This document shows, one piece after another, positions 21,151 through 33,581 of a stretch of 64,000 nt of DNA. A program made the position numbers and the translations under genes. The stretch's first letter is position 1, and every line of letters starts with the position of its first letter. Under the pieces are notes generated by a model. It was not told where the DNA came from, made no database searches, and saw nothing but the letters and a program-made list of their open reading frames with translations. The stretch comes from Candidatus Bathyarchaeota archaeon (GTDB lineage Archaea > Thermoproteota > Bathyarchaeia > Bathyarchaeales > Bathycorpusculaceae), in the NCBI GenBank assembly GCA_963833575.1, contig CAWHXY010000004.1, positions 64,001 through 128,000 of the forward strand. The letters run 5' to 3'.

Positions 21151-22140
21151 TTGAAAGCAGTACAGGACGACAAGAAAATGGTCAAGAGAAAAGAAGAGAA
21201 CCCAGCTCTCAAAATCGAAAAATTGAAAATCGATTTGAGCTTTGACTATCACTCTTCACGCTTCTTCTCTCTTCTTTTCTCAGCAATTTATGCGATTGCC
21301 ATAACAATTTTCTGCATCGAATACAAAATTATCCCAGGACCTGAATTCCTTGTTCTAGGCATTCTATTTTACGCTGCATACAATCAACGCACATGGCGTG
21401 CCTTAAAGGATTGGCTCCCATTCGTCACAGTATTCCTTTCTTATGAAATAATGTACAGCTTTGTAGGCACGGTTTCCCTGTATAATCTTCATGCTGGACC
21501 ACAGAATATGGATCTACAAATCTTCGGTCAGCTTCCAACTTTGATTCTGCAACAAAATTTCAGATTTCCCGCATTAGATTACATGGGAGCTGTTTTCTAC
21601 GGAATATATTTCTTTGTTCCAACTGTTTTCGCATTTGTCATTTGGAGAAAAAGCCCCAGTAACTATTGGAAATACACAGTAGCCTTCGGCGTACTAACGT
21701 ACAGCGCCTTGATAACTTTCCTCTTTTATCCTGTCGCGCCTCCGTGGATTGCGGTTCCCAACGTGACAAGAATATTAACTGGATCAGTTGATGTTCATCT
21801 TGGCCTTCCCGTGTACAAAACATTGTTCGATTTTCTAGGCGGAAACCTATATGCAGCCTTCCCCAGTATGCATTCAGCTATGCCTTGGCTAGTTTTCCTT
21901 TTTGCATTCAAAATCTGGAAGTGGAAAAGCCTTCCTGTAGCAATAATTCCAATTGGAACATGGTTTAGTGCAGTTTACTTAGGTGAGCATTATTTTACAG
22001 ATGTTTTGGGCGGGATTGCTTACGCTACAATCGCGTTTATCGCAGTTGAGAAACTGTTGCCTGCGTTGTCTGCAAGAAGTGGCTTTTTGAGGAAACATGT
22101 CCCAACCGAAAAGCCATCAATTGCTAAAGCAAGTGAGTAA
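21151..22140 (+). CDS. PAP2 superfamily membrane protein (IPC synthase/AUR1-like)
   Basis: PVAPPW, AAFPSMH, YLGEHYFTDV. Confidence 0.88.
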   Translation: MKAVQDDKKMVKRKEENPALKIEKLKIDLSFDYHSSRFFSLLFSAIYAIAITIFCIEYKIIPGPEFLVLGILFYAAYNQRTWRALKDWLPFVTVFLSYEIMYSFVGTVSLYNLHAGPQNMDLQIFGQLPTLILQQNFRFPALDYMGAVFYGIYFFVPTVFAFVIWRKSPSNYWKYTVAFGVLTYSALITFLFYPVAPPWIAVPNVTRILTGSVDVHLGLPVYKTLFDFLGGNLYAAFPSMHSAMPWLVFLFAFKIWKWKSLPVAIIPIGTWFSAVYLGEHYFTDVLGGIAYATIAFIAVEKLLPALSARSGFLRKHVPTEKPSIAKASE

Positions 22141-22183
22141 AATTCTTTCCCTATTATATTTAGTATCTTTAAGTTTTGGTAAG

Positions 22184-22804
22184 TTATTTTTTTGAAACAA
22201 AAAGGTTGTCTTTTATGTAAAATCTTAAATGTTTGTTTTTCCATTCTCCGGCATAGTCTACACCAATTCGAGTGGTTTCTACAATGTCTTCTTTGGGTGC
22301 AGGTGCGTCATTTATGTAAAGTGGCAGAGCAGTTATGTCGGCGTTATTTTGAAGCTTGGATATATCCATCGCCATGCATAGCTTGCTTGGACCATTGGTC
22401 AAGTTGAGGTTTTTTCCCTCTGCTAATCGTCTACGTTTTGTCATGATGTCTTCGCCATCAACCGGTTCAATTGCCCTAATAAGGACAGCCTCAGGTTTTC
22501 CTGGAACATCACCCGCCGTGACGTTAAGGCAATAATAGAGACCGTAAATAAAGTAGACATAAGCATGACCTTTTGATCTGTACATAACCTCGTTTCTAGC
22601 TGTTCGGCGACCGCCCGAACTATGAGCAGCTTCATCTTCAGGTCCCAAATAAGCCTCTGTCTCAACTATTCTGCCTGCAGTGGTTCCATCAACGGATTCA
22701 TGAACAAGAATTTTTCCAAGAAGCATGGTTGCAACTTTTATTATTTCTTCCTCGTAGAATGACCTCGGCAAAATCATATATCTGGATAAGTGACTCTCGA
22801 CCAA
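22184..22804 (-). CDS. mpg: DNA-3-methyladenine glycosylase
   Basis: GRIVETEAY, AYVYFIYG, AVLIRAIEP, NGPSKLC, RIGV. Confidence 0.95.
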   Translation of the reverse strand: MVESHLSRYMILPRSFYEEEIIKVATMLLGKILVHESVDGTTAGRIVETEAYLGPEDEAAHSSGGRRTARNEVMYRSKGHAYVYFIYGLYYCLNVTAGDVPGKPEAVLIRAIEPVDGEDIMTKRRRLAEGKNLNLTNGPSKLCMAMDISKLQNNADITALPLYINDAPAPKEDIVETTRIGVDYAGEWKNKHLRFYIKDNLFVSKK

Positions 22805-22920
22805 TTAAGCCTGCCTACTATTTTGAACGGCGTAAGCGGTATATAAGAAAATGCAAATAGAAACTGTCCTTTGAAAAGTTGTTTATTCAGAACGGTAAAG
22901 TACGAAATTTTATTTTCGAA

Positions 22921-23331
22921 CTATCGATTTCCATATTTCTTTTTCATACAAGCTTGGCAGAAGTTCTTCCTATAACGCCTTATTCTTTGAGGGCGAAAAA
23001 GAGTGCCGCATGAACTGCATTTGATTTGGGATGGTTGTGCAGGATCAAGCAGTTTTAGTCGTCTTTCAATTTCGGCTTTAATTACAGAGTCATTTTCAAC
23101 TTTTAAAGCCGCCGTTAACAATACTCTTGCTTGTTCAACGCTTTTTGTTCCAAAAAGCTTCAGGAAAACACTGTCTGTTTTTCCAGCTCCTAATTTTAGC
23201 GGTAGCATGCATACGAAGTTTGAAGGGTAACTCTCAGATTTACTAAAATCAACAACAGCGAATCGGAAGTTTCTTTGAAAAGGGTTGTCTTCCTTGCTAT
23301 TTAACTCGAAAACCTGAAGCCCCATGTTCAT
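22921..23331 (-). CDS. Hypothetical protein with C-terminal Zn finger; paralog of 54502-54915
   Basis: NFRFAVVDFSKS-SYP-NFVCMLP shared with the paralog; CSSC...CQAC. Confidence 0.8.
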   Translation of the reverse strand: MNMGLQVFELNSKEDNPFQRNFRFAVVDFSKSESYPSNFVCMLPLKLGAGKTDSVFLKLFGTKSVEQARVLLTAALKVENDSVIKAEIERRLKLLDPAQPSQIKCSSCGTLFRPQRIRRYRKNFCQACMKKKYGNR

Positions 23332-23718
23332 TGTAATCAGACTTGAATAATATGAAATCAGCCTTAATATCTATACCTCAAAAAATTCTCTGGTTTTCTA
23401 TTGCCAATGCGTTAGTCTTCCACATCACTTGTCAATAGAAAGAGATAGATGCCTTCCAAATAAAACTCCAAACATGTTTCGCCTGCATTATTGAAAAATT
23501 TGGGTTATCTTTTGACGCATTTTCCAGTATTTGGATCATAGTGGTTGCTTTTGGAGTAATCGCATCTTTTACAATCATCTTTTATATCTTGGCCAAAGGG
23601 ACAATCTTTCAAGTCTGCCATTCGCAACACCCAATTATTTCAATTATCATGATATTGTAAAATTTGCCATATAAAAGTTGAGCACAAAATGCAGTTATTC
23701 CTCCAATTTACTTAAGTT

Positions 23719-24639
23719 CTATCTGCCCAACGTTTCCACCAAAGTCTGAATGTCTCTAATCCACATTGTTATTGTTTCAAGGTTCTCTGTCTGCTTATGT
23801 GATAATTTCTGCAATCCTTTTAGTTCGTCAAGTTGGTGTTGGTAGTATCCAGCCAACAGGCTTAGGGGTTCTATGAATTGGAGTGTTGACTGGTGTTGTT
23901 CTATTTTGTCGCCTAAATGGTTAAGCGCAATGAGCATCTCCTCCACGGTCATGCCAGTGTTTTTCTTGAATTCTTGAAGAACCCATTGTTTGATCAGCAT
24001 ATTACGGTTCATCCAACCAGTGGATTGCTCAGTGAAGGTTTTGGATACGGCATTGTAAAGTTGGGTGATATGTTTTGTATCAGTTGCAAGAGTTTGAGGA
24101 GTTGAATTGGCTCTCATTCTCTCCACTTGGGAGTCATACGGTGGCTCAGAAGAGGAGATGGCTAAGCCCATGGAAAGCTTTAGTGAGGCACCTAACGCAA
24201 TCCACAGATTAGTCAGTTCATTTAGAGAAAGCGAATCTACTTTCATCTTGAGTTCGATATTGTTCGTGTTATCTGCAATAGAGATTAGTGGTGTTGCTAA
24301 AACTGCACATGTTATTTTTTCAAGTAATGCATGATCGTCTTTGTCGTTTCCGGTAAATGGCGTAATAAGATAATGCAGAACAAAAGAAAGGTTATTTGCG
24401 TTTTTCTCGGAACCATTCGCGGAAGGAGACATGGTTCTTGAAGTCATTTCTTCAGTTATGCTATACAGAAAAATCGATAGTTTTCGGGTTCCTTGATTGG
24501 ATTTTGGAGAAGAAAAAGAAATCTGGTCTTCACTTGAGATCATATTCTTGGCAGTTGATTCAGTTTCTATATTATTCCAGATAAGATTTGCCAACGCCTT
24601 ATCGGTATCGGTTATAAAGCCTTTTTGAACCATGAGCAT
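23719..24639 (-). CDS. DUF4255/Pvc16-like domain protein with helical C-terminal extension
   Basis: ISFSSP...LSIFLYSITE...LHYLITP...L---EL-NLW-ALG pattern. Confidence 0.7.
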   Translation of the reverse strand: MLMVQKGFITDTDKALANLIWNNIETESTAKNMISSEDQISFSSPKSNQGTRKLSIFLYSITEEMTSRTMSPSANGSEKNANNLSFVLHYLITPFTGNDKDDHALLEKITCAVLATPLISIADNTNNIELKMKVDSLSLNELTNLWIALGASLKLSMGLAISSSEPPYDSQVERMRANSTPQTLATDTKHITQLYNAVSKTFTEQSTGWMNRNMLIKQWVLQEFKKNTGMTVEEMLIALNHLGDKIEQHQSTLQFIEPLSLLAGYYQHQLDELKGLQKLSHKQTENLETITMWIRDIQTLVETLGR

Positions 24640-24775
24640 CGCATAATTATCTTGTCAAGTTACTAAATAGTTTTTAGCCAAAATTCTTTTCAATTCTTTA
24701 TCAATAAAAGCTCCACAAATTCCTTACAGCTAAAATATTGTTGCTGTTTTGAGTTATTTTCAAAGGTTGGATATG

Positions 24776-24802
24776 GTAGCCAGGATAGGTTCAAACTCTC
24801 GT
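24776..24802. repeat. Degenerate direct repeat of the tRNA-Gln 3' end (att-like)
   Basis: gtagcc-aggataggttcaaactctcgt vs gtagcccgggagagattcgaactctcgt at 27461-27488; 23/28 with one gap. Confidence 0.6.
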
Positions 24803-25132
24803 TCAAACAATTTCCAGAAACTATCATTTTGCTATTGAAATGCGATCATTATGCAATTGAAAGTGTAGTGTTTTAACCGTCTTTTGATAGTGTACTCCGA
24901 GAGTTCGACGGATTTTCATTGCCAGGTTTAGTAAATGTTATAACAAACTCGAAAACAGTGCTCCTAATAAGCTTATTTTGGAAAAATCTGAACAATTAAA
25001 GACTTTGTTATGGAAAATGAGGCTAATCGCACCATTTAATGAAGCGAAAAAACTTCGGAAAAAGTGAGTTGAGCCTGACTTATTTCCTAATACTTAAATA
25101 ATAATGGCTACAAACATATTCATGTAGCCTAA

Positions 25133-27334
<2,202 letters not shown>

Positions 27335-27461
27335 CAAGAGCCAGTAACGATACAGTAAGAATTGCTCGCTCGGACCAAAGAGTTTGTCAACGGATAGAAG
27401 CAAGCTAAGAATACGTTTGCGAAATGCGCGGTTGATTCTATGGCGTTTTGAGGATAAAATG

Positions 27462-27534
27462 TAGCCCGGGAGAGATTCGAACTCTCGTCAAGGGCTCCAG
27501 AGGCCCCTATGCTTGACCACTACACCACCGGGCT
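27462..27534 (-). tRNA. tRNA-Gln(CTG)
   Basis: agcccggtggtgtagtggtcaagcataggggcctCTGgagcccttgacgagagttcgaatctctcccgggcta; cloverleaf, A1:U72 pair, no intron. Confidence 0.95.
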
Positions 27535-27571
27535 TCAGGTTTTCAAATAAACATCGTTCCAATTATTAACT

Positions 27572-27796
27572 TTAACTTTGCGTCACTTTGTCGCCATTTT
27601 TCTTTTTCAGGGCTTCCCGAGTGCAATAGCATTCTTGGCTAACCTTATTATAATCCTCGCAATGCCAAAGTGTGTCAACTATGGGGTTTTTGTTTTTGCC
27701 GTAGCGGGTTGAGCAAAAAACTTTGGTTGGATAATCGTACGAGTTGTGGCTGTCACAGTTACCGCAGTACTTTTCCGCATCGTTGTCATCTGTCAT
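27572..27796 (-). CDS. Small Cys-rich protein
   Basis: CGNC...C...HC...CYC; starts 3 nt after the dys stop. Confidence 0.7.
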   Translation of the reverse strand: MTDDNDAEKYCGNCDSHNSYDYPTKVFCSTRYGKNKNPIVDTLWHCEDYNKVSQECYCTREALKKKNGDKVTQS

Positions 27797-27799
27797 TGT

Positions 27800-28819
27800 T
27801 TAGCTTCCTTTGTCTGGTTTTTCAAGCTGCATAAAAGGAATGCGTCTAAAGCCTTCACCTAACCGTTCAGATACGGAAGCAACAATGAATGGGAAAACCA
27901 TGAGTGCTTCTCCGATAACCATAACGTGGTCGGCATGTCCCTTCATTTTTCCCCAACTGACCGTTTCCTCTAATGTTGAGCCAGATAAGCCTCCTGTTTC
28001 CGGTCTATCTAAAGTGATTACTACAGCGTAGTCTAACCCTTTCTTGGATGCCAAAGCGGAAGATTGGATCGTATTGCGCGGTACTCCGCCGCCGATCACT
28101 ATCATACCGTTTTTAGGTGATTTAGCGCAGATATTGCAGATAGTTGGTACATCTTTGAAAGCGTCGACCAAAAGCACGGGTTTCTTGTTTTCTTGGGACG
28201 AGTGGAGCCAATGGATGAAACCAAATTCTGAGTCCCTAACAGCTGGCAGAAAAATGGGGACGTTCTCCTCGTAGGCCGCCCTCAAAATGGAGTTTTCGTC
28301 TGTGAGACGTTTACCGATTTCCCAGGCAAATTCGTTTGAAGCTAAACTTTCACCTTTGCGCTCGGCCGCTATATCGTCGTACATTTCGGATAATTTGAAA
28401 TCTAATCTAACATAGTCTTCTTCTGGAACAAAAATGTCATAAATCCGGAACAAATGATACTTGTAGAGTTCCTTATCATTCACCGCCCATCCACCTTGAT
28501 AATGATGCCCTCCGACTGCTTCGATGGCGTCATGAACCATGCATGCACCAGTGCTGACAATTACATCCACAAGTTTCTTTCTTATCAAATCAGTAATTAT
28601 TGTCCTCATGCCTGCAGGGACAACTGCGCCTGAAAGCGCTAGGAAGATAGTGCAGTCTTTGTCTTTGAGCATCTTCTCGTAGATGTCGCATGCCGTAGCC
28701 AAGCGTCCAGCTCCAAGAGCGCCTGAACCATTAAACTGCTTCATCAGCTCGTCAACTGTTAGCGCGCCGTCTATTTTTATGTGTTTAACTGGTGATTGGA
28801 GGTAATCTTTTCTTTCCAT
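27800..28819 (-). CDS. dys: Deoxyhypusine synthase family protein
   Basis: LSGAVVPAGMR, STGA---HD, GGGVPRN, GGLSGSTLEETVSWGK (catalytic Lys). Confidence 0.93.
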   Translation of the reverse strand: MERKDYLQSPVKHIKIDGALTVDELMKQFNGSGALGAGRLATACDIYEKMLKDKDCTIFLALSGAVVPAGMRTIITDLIRKKLVDVIVSTGACMVHDAIEAVGGHHYQGGWAVNDKELYKYHLFRIYDIFVPEEDYVRLDFKLSEMYDDIAAERKGESLASNEFAWEIGKRLTDENSILRAAYEENVPIFLPAVRDSEFGFIHWLHSSQENKKPVLLVDAFKDVPTICNICAKSPKNGMIVIGGGVPRNTIQSSALASKKGLDYAVVITLDRPETGGLSGSTLEETVSWGKMKGHADHVMVIGEALMVFPFIVASVSERLGEGFRRIPFMQLEKPDKGS

Positions 28820-29004
28820 CCAAGTTGCGCCTGAATTGTAGTTATTGCTGGATTATGGAAATACTTTTCTATATTTAAAGACTGACAAGCAAGTCAGAAA
28901 ATTTAATTGTCAAAATCTTAGGAAGGAAATTCATTCTCTAACCTCGTGAGCTTTTTCTCGGATTTCTTCTCCACGTTCAATAACTTGATGTCGCCACGTG
29001 TTTG

Positions 29005-29391
29005 TTATTTTTTGAAGAAAGCAAGAACGGCGCCTAAAAGACCCAAGATTAAGCCAATTAGCCATCCGCTGCCGACAAATATGCTTAGGACTGAAAATAT
29101 GATAACGATTACGCCTCCAACAGTTTCCATTCTACTGTAAATTAAGTAAGCTCCAATAATAATTAGGATTCCAAATATAACGGCAACTCCACCGAGTATA
29201 TTGAGGGCTAGCCCAGCTAGAAATCTATGTCTAACTTCATCGGATCCAACAAAAGTAATGATGTCACCAGCCACAATTCGGACAACACCACGCAACAAAA
29301 TCAGTATACCTCCGATCAATGAAATGGCAAATCCTAACATGGCTCTTTTAGGCAAGGAAGCAGATTGTGTATTTGATTGCTGCAAAAACAA
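29005..29391 (-). CDS. Small membrane protein
   Basis: Four Gly-rich hydrophobic segments. Confidence 0.7.
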   Translation of the reverse strand: MFLQQSNTQSASLPKRAMLGFAISLIGGILILLRGVVRIVAGDIITFVGSDEVRHRFLAGLALNILGGVAVIFGILIIIGAYLIYSRMETVGGVIVIIFSVLSIFVGSGWLIGLILGLLGAVLAFFKK

Positions 29392-29615
29392 TTCTCCTTA
29401 AAATTTAGTGGATCAAGCGCTAATTTAAAGTTTACCGGGTTGTCTAGATTGATAAGAGCTTTCGGCTTAGAAGAAATGAGTAAAGTAACTTTAATTTTTC
29501 TAAGTAGTTTGCAATTAAATGTTATGTGATTGCAGCGGCACTGCAGATCTTCAGCTATGTCCTGCAAGCGAAGATATAATAAAACGAACAGGAAAAGGTG
29601 ATTGAGGTAAAATGT

Positions 29616-29810
29616 ATGCCTATAGTTCAGGTTTCTGTTTGGGAAGGTATTAGTACCGAGAACAAGAAGAAAACAGTCGAGGGAATAACAAAAGTTTTCG
29701 AGGACATGGGCATCCCTAAGGATGCAGTAACAATCGTGATTTATGAAGAGCCAAAGAGCAACTGGGCAACAGGCGGACAATTACATTCAGAAAGACACGC
29801 AAACCGTTAA
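29616..29810 (+). CDS. 4-oxalocrotonate tautomerase family protein
   Basis: MPIVQV (Pro1)...NWATGG; GAGGT RBS before ATG at 29616. Confidence 0.92.
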   Translation: MPIVQVSVWEGISTENKKKTVEGITKVFEDMGIPKDAVTIVIYEEPKSNWATGGQLHSERHANR

Positions 29811-29832
29811 AATGTAATGGGATTGACACTCA

Positions 29833-30117
29833 GTGCCTGAGAAAAAATTCAAGTTATTTGCAAAGGTAAGCAGCGCGAACCTATCCGCAATAAAACCAGT
29901 CTTGGAACAAGCAATCAAAAACGGCTCCATAAAACCTTTCAGCGAAGGATTTGAAGTTAATGCCGAATTGAAGGGAGAAAGCGCCAGAGACCTTAATCGA
30001 TTGCTACTTTCGGAATTGCGCAGAGTTGAAAGGAAAACAAGAATGCGCTCAGAATGGACATCTGAAGGAACGACTGAAAAATTCTTTGACTACGCTTTTA
30101 AAGGCGCCAAAAAGTAA
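29833..30117 (+). CDS. Hypothetical protein
   Basis: 94-aa ORF co-oriented with the tautomerase. Confidence 0.7.
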   Translation: MPEKKFKLFAKVSSANLSAIKPVLEQAIKNGSIKPFSEGFEVNAELKGESARDLNRLLLSELRRVERKTRMRSEWTSEGTTEKFFDYAFKGAKK

Positions 30118-30486
30118 ATTAAAAGAGTTAGTAGCGGAATTAATTGTTCTTTAGTAACTATGTACCATAGTTATGTTGCTTTATGAGTAAAGCGAGAATT
30201 GTTTTTGAAAGAACCCTACTAAATGAAAAAATAGATGAGTCTTAGACTCATCTTAATCTACGCGTGTTTTAAGGAAAAATGAAGACGCAAAACAGAAATT
30301 GGAAGAAATAACAGACAGCCACCAACCTAATTAACAATCTTGACTCTGACCTTCAGCTAGCATCTGGGAATCAACACAACTTAGCTATTCTCTTATTTTT
30401 TTGGCTCATTCTCTTGTCTTGCTCCGCATTTGGCTCAGAAAAGTTATTACGACCAGCTATCACATAATTGCAATTAAGGAAACGTA

Positions 30487-31371
30487 ATGGCATCCGCTGA
30501 AGCAGAAGAAAAAACAAAAATCGTTACGATTGGTCTTATACAAACGTCTGTTTCAGATGACATAACAGACAACATGAAGAAGACCCTAAAAAGAATCAAG
30601 GAAGCCGCCGCAAAGGGAGCTCAAATTGTTTGCCTTCAGGAACTGTATAGAACACTTTACTTTCCACAAGAAGAAAAAAAGGACTTCAGCCATTTAGCTG
30701 AAACTATTCCCGGAGACTCTTCAAAAGCTTTCTCGGAGCTGGCGAAAGAAGAAAAAATTGTTATAATTGCACCAATATTTGAAAAGGCTTCAAACGGAAA
30801 ATTCTACAATTCTGCCGTTATAATTGATGCAGATGGAAAAATCTCGGGTTGTTACCGTAAGATGCACATCCCCCAGGATCCTTTATTCTTTGAAAAGAAC
30901 TATTTTGAATCAGGTAACCAAGGCTACTGTGTTCATAAAACCAATTACGCTAATGTAGGAGTGCTCATCTGTTATGACCAGTGGTTTCCTGAGGCGGCTA
31001 GAATTAATGCGCTTAAAGGTGCAGAAATTATTTTTTACCCCACTGCGATTGGCTACATTGAGGGGTATAATTCATCCGACGGCGACTGGCATGACGCTTG
31101 GAAAACAGTTCAGCGTGCACACGCCATAGCAAATGGAGTTCATGTTGCTGCTGTTAATCGGGTTGGTAGAGAAGGGCAGCTGAATTTTTGGGGCGGCTCA
31201 TTTGTGTGTGACTCGTTTGGAAAAGTGCTTGGAGAAGCAAGCAACACTAAGGAGGAGACGTTGGTTGTCATGGTTGACCTCAGCAAAAACAAAAAAATTC
31301 AAGAAGGATGGGGTTTTCTGAAAAATCGGCGACCCGATAGCTATAAGTCGCTTCTTGAAAATTGTCCTTGA
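30487..31371 (+). CDS. aguB: N-carbamoylputrescine amidohydrolase (nitrilase superfamily)
   Basis: CLQEL, YRKMHIP, ICYDQWFPEAAR triad motifs; adjacent to aguA. Confidence 0.9.
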   Translation: MASAEAEEKTKIVTIGLIQTSVSDDITDNMKKTLKRIKEAAAKGAQIVCLQELYRTLYFPQEEKKDFSHLAETIPGDSSKAFSELAKEEKIVIIAPIFEKASNGKFYNSAVIIDADGKISGCYRKMHIPQDPLFFEKNYFESGNQGYCVHKTNYANVGVLICYDQWFPEAARINALKGAEIIFYPTAIGYIEGYNSSDGDWHDAWKTVQRAHAIANGVHVAAVNRVGREGQLNFWGGSFVCDSFGKVLGEASNTKEETLVVMVDLSKNKKIQEGWGFLKNRRPDSYKSLLENCP

Positions 31372-31377
31372 GGCAAT

Positions 31378-32451
31378 ATGATGACGAATGCAAATTGTTT
31401 TCCAAACAAGACACCTCGTGAATTAGGATACAGCATGCCTCCTGAATGGTGTAAGCAGGAAGCTATCTGGTTAGCTTGGCCACACGACCCCACGACTTTC
31501 ACATCTGGTGTTGAAAAAGTTGAGGAAACTTTCCTTCAAATTATCAAATTAATCCACAAAGACGAATATGTGAACCTTTTTGTTAAAGACAATAGCATGA
31601 AGAAGAAAATAACGGGTTTGTTTGAAAAGAGAAAAATTGATTTAAAGAAGATACGTTTTTTCGAATTTGATTATGCCGATGTTTGGTTTAGAGATTATGG
31701 TCCAATATTTGTGATGAACCGAGAACAAAAATTAGCCATGGTTCGTTGGATTTTTAATTCCTGGGGAGAAAAATACGAAGAACTACTAAAAGATGCCCAG
31801 ATTCCTCAGATAATAAACAATGCAATGCGTTTGAATTGTTTTGAACCGGGCATTGTTTTGGAAGGCGGTTCTATTGATGTTAATGGAAAAGGAACCTTGC
31901 TCACGACTGAACAGTGCCTTCTTAACAAGAATAGGAATGCTCAACTTGGCAAAGAAAAAATCGAAAAGTACCTGAGAGATTATTTGGGCGTGACTAACAT
32001 TATCTGGTTAAGATGCGGCATTGTGGGGGATGACACAGACGGACATGTTGATGACCTCGCACGTTTCGTTAACCCTACAACAATTGTTTGTGCCTTTGAA
32101 GAAAGTAGTGATGAGAATACAGAAGCTCTCAGAAAAAATTATGAAATACTGTGTCAATCAACCGATCAAGATGGCAAAAAACTAAAGATCGTCAAGCTCC
32201 CTATGCCTGGAAACATCGAATGCAACAAAAAAAGGCTCCCAGCAAGCTACACAAACTTTTACATTGGAAACAAAACGGTTTTGGTTCCAACTTTCGATAG
32301 CGAAAATGACAAAAAAGCGTTATCTATTCTTCAGAAGCTGTTCCCAAAAAGAAAAGTTGTGGGCATAGATTGCGTGGACTTGATATGTGGTTTTGGAGCA
32401 ATTCACTGTATCTCACAACAGCAACCTAGTTCCGAATACGCTGCAAATTAA
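31378..32451 (+). CDS. aguA: Agmatine deiminase
   Basis: MPPEW, WFRDYGP, LEGGSI, DDTDGHVD, GAIHCISQQQP. Confidence 0.95.
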   Translation: MMTNANCFPNKTPRELGYSMPPEWCKQEAIWLAWPHDPTTFTSGVEKVEETFLQIIKLIHKDEYVNLFVKDNSMKKKITGLFEKRKIDLKKIRFFEFDYADVWFRDYGPIFVMNREQKLAMVRWIFNSWGEKYEELLKDAQIPQIINNAMRLNCFEPGIVLEGGSIDVNGKGTLLTTEQCLLNKNRNAQLGKEKIEKYLRDYLGVTNIIWLRCGIVGDDTDGHVDDLARFVNPTTIVCAFEESSDENTEALRKNYEILCQSTDQDGKKLKIVKLPMPGNIECNKKRLPASYTNFYIGNKTVLVPTFDSENDKKALSILQKLFPKRKVVGIDCVDLICGFGAIHCISQQQPSSEYAAN

Positions 32452-32834
32452 GGGTAAAATTTTTCAGTCAAAATAATTCTGAGTGCACCAATATCTGAGA
32501 AACGGTGATTAATGGAGTTTGATGGAGGATTAGCTTTTTCAAAAGAACTAAACCACTTCAAATTATCGTTAACAACCTTTTCAATTTGAGTATAGTCTTT
32601 AATGCCTGCGGAATTAAGGTCACTTAAGAGCAGGTTTATCCATTTTTTGTTTTCGTTATGTTCTCTGTCTGGAAATTTCCATTGTAAATAGGCCGTGATT
32701 GTTTTGTAATTGAGCTCTGCGCTAAGATTAATTGTGTCTTCAGGTGCAGACTCATTTGCAACTTTGGAGTCAATTACAATAGGTGTTTGTTCTTTGAATG
32801 TTTTGTAGTTAGATAAATCCATTGTTTTTAACAT
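32448..32834 (-). CDS. Hypothetical protein
   Basis: 128-aa ORF with a GAGGT RBS. Confidence 0.6.
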   Translation of the reverse strand: MLKTMDLSNYKTFKEQTPIVIDSKVANESAPEDTINLSAELNYKTITAYLQWKFPDREHNENKKWINLLLSDLNSAGIKDYTQIEKVVNDNLKWFSSFEKANPPSNSINHRFSDIGALRIILTEKFYP

Positions 32835-33054
32835 TCAACATTACCTCGCATTTTTTACCCAATATATTGAGTAGTAATATATAAGATTATAAATGCTTCA
32901 TTCACCAATTTTCTTTCAAGACCCAATTAAAATCAGTTGCCAGAAAAACTATCTGTTGAAAACCAAAAGTCATAAACGACAATTCATAGGAAAACAAATA
33001 TTGTTCATTTTCAAAGTCAATTAAAAAATAAGGCAAATTTGTCAAAAAGTAAGA

Positions 33055-33435
33055 CTAACCATATTTGGAGTACTTATTCTTCAAGCTTTCTTCTACTCTA
33101 AACCTAACAATTTCTTGTACCAAGTCAAGTGGAATAGGATCATCAAACGAAAACTGGATTGTACCCTTGCTTGTTTGATAAGGAGCCAATTGCGGACTAA
33201 AGGCTTCAATAGCTGAAATTTTCGGAAAGAATCCAATATGATTTTTGAATGCTGCAAACCAAACCAAGACTCCATTTTGTTTGAAGGCAGGCATTTGATA
33301 GCTAATTGTTTCTGTAGCTTCAGGTGCAGCTTCTCTGATGGTTTGTCTTAGCTGTTCTAAAATAATTTGCACGTTCTTAGGAAAAGAAGATATATATTCA
33401 TCTATCGATTTGAATTTCTGACTGGGCGCATTAAT
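33055..33435 (-). CDS. DUF1801 (YdhG-like) protein
   Basis: SIDEYISSFP...ETISYQMPAF...FAAFKNHIGFFP...SKGTIQF; the frame extends upstream of the track start to an ATT at 33435. Confidence 0.85.
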   Translation of the reverse strand: MNAPSQKFKSIDEYISSFPKNVQIILEQLRQTIREAAPEATETISYQMPAFKQNGVLVWFAAFKNHIGFFPKISAIEAFSPQLAPYQTSKGTIQFSFDDPIPLDLVQEIVRFRVEESLKNKYSKYG

Positions 33436-33581
33436 ACCCCCTAAAAAAGCTATTTATTTTACTCTATTGCTTCCTTATATTTTTTTGGTGAAACTTTACC
33501 AATTCATAAAGTCTTCTCGCAGTGTTTAGTCAAATTGAGCCAAAATAATGTGACGACAAACTAAAGGATTAGGGGCTGTTT

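Noticed and set aside
29334-29780. 148-aa minus-strand ORF
   Set aside because: Antisense to the tautomerase and has no recognisable motifs
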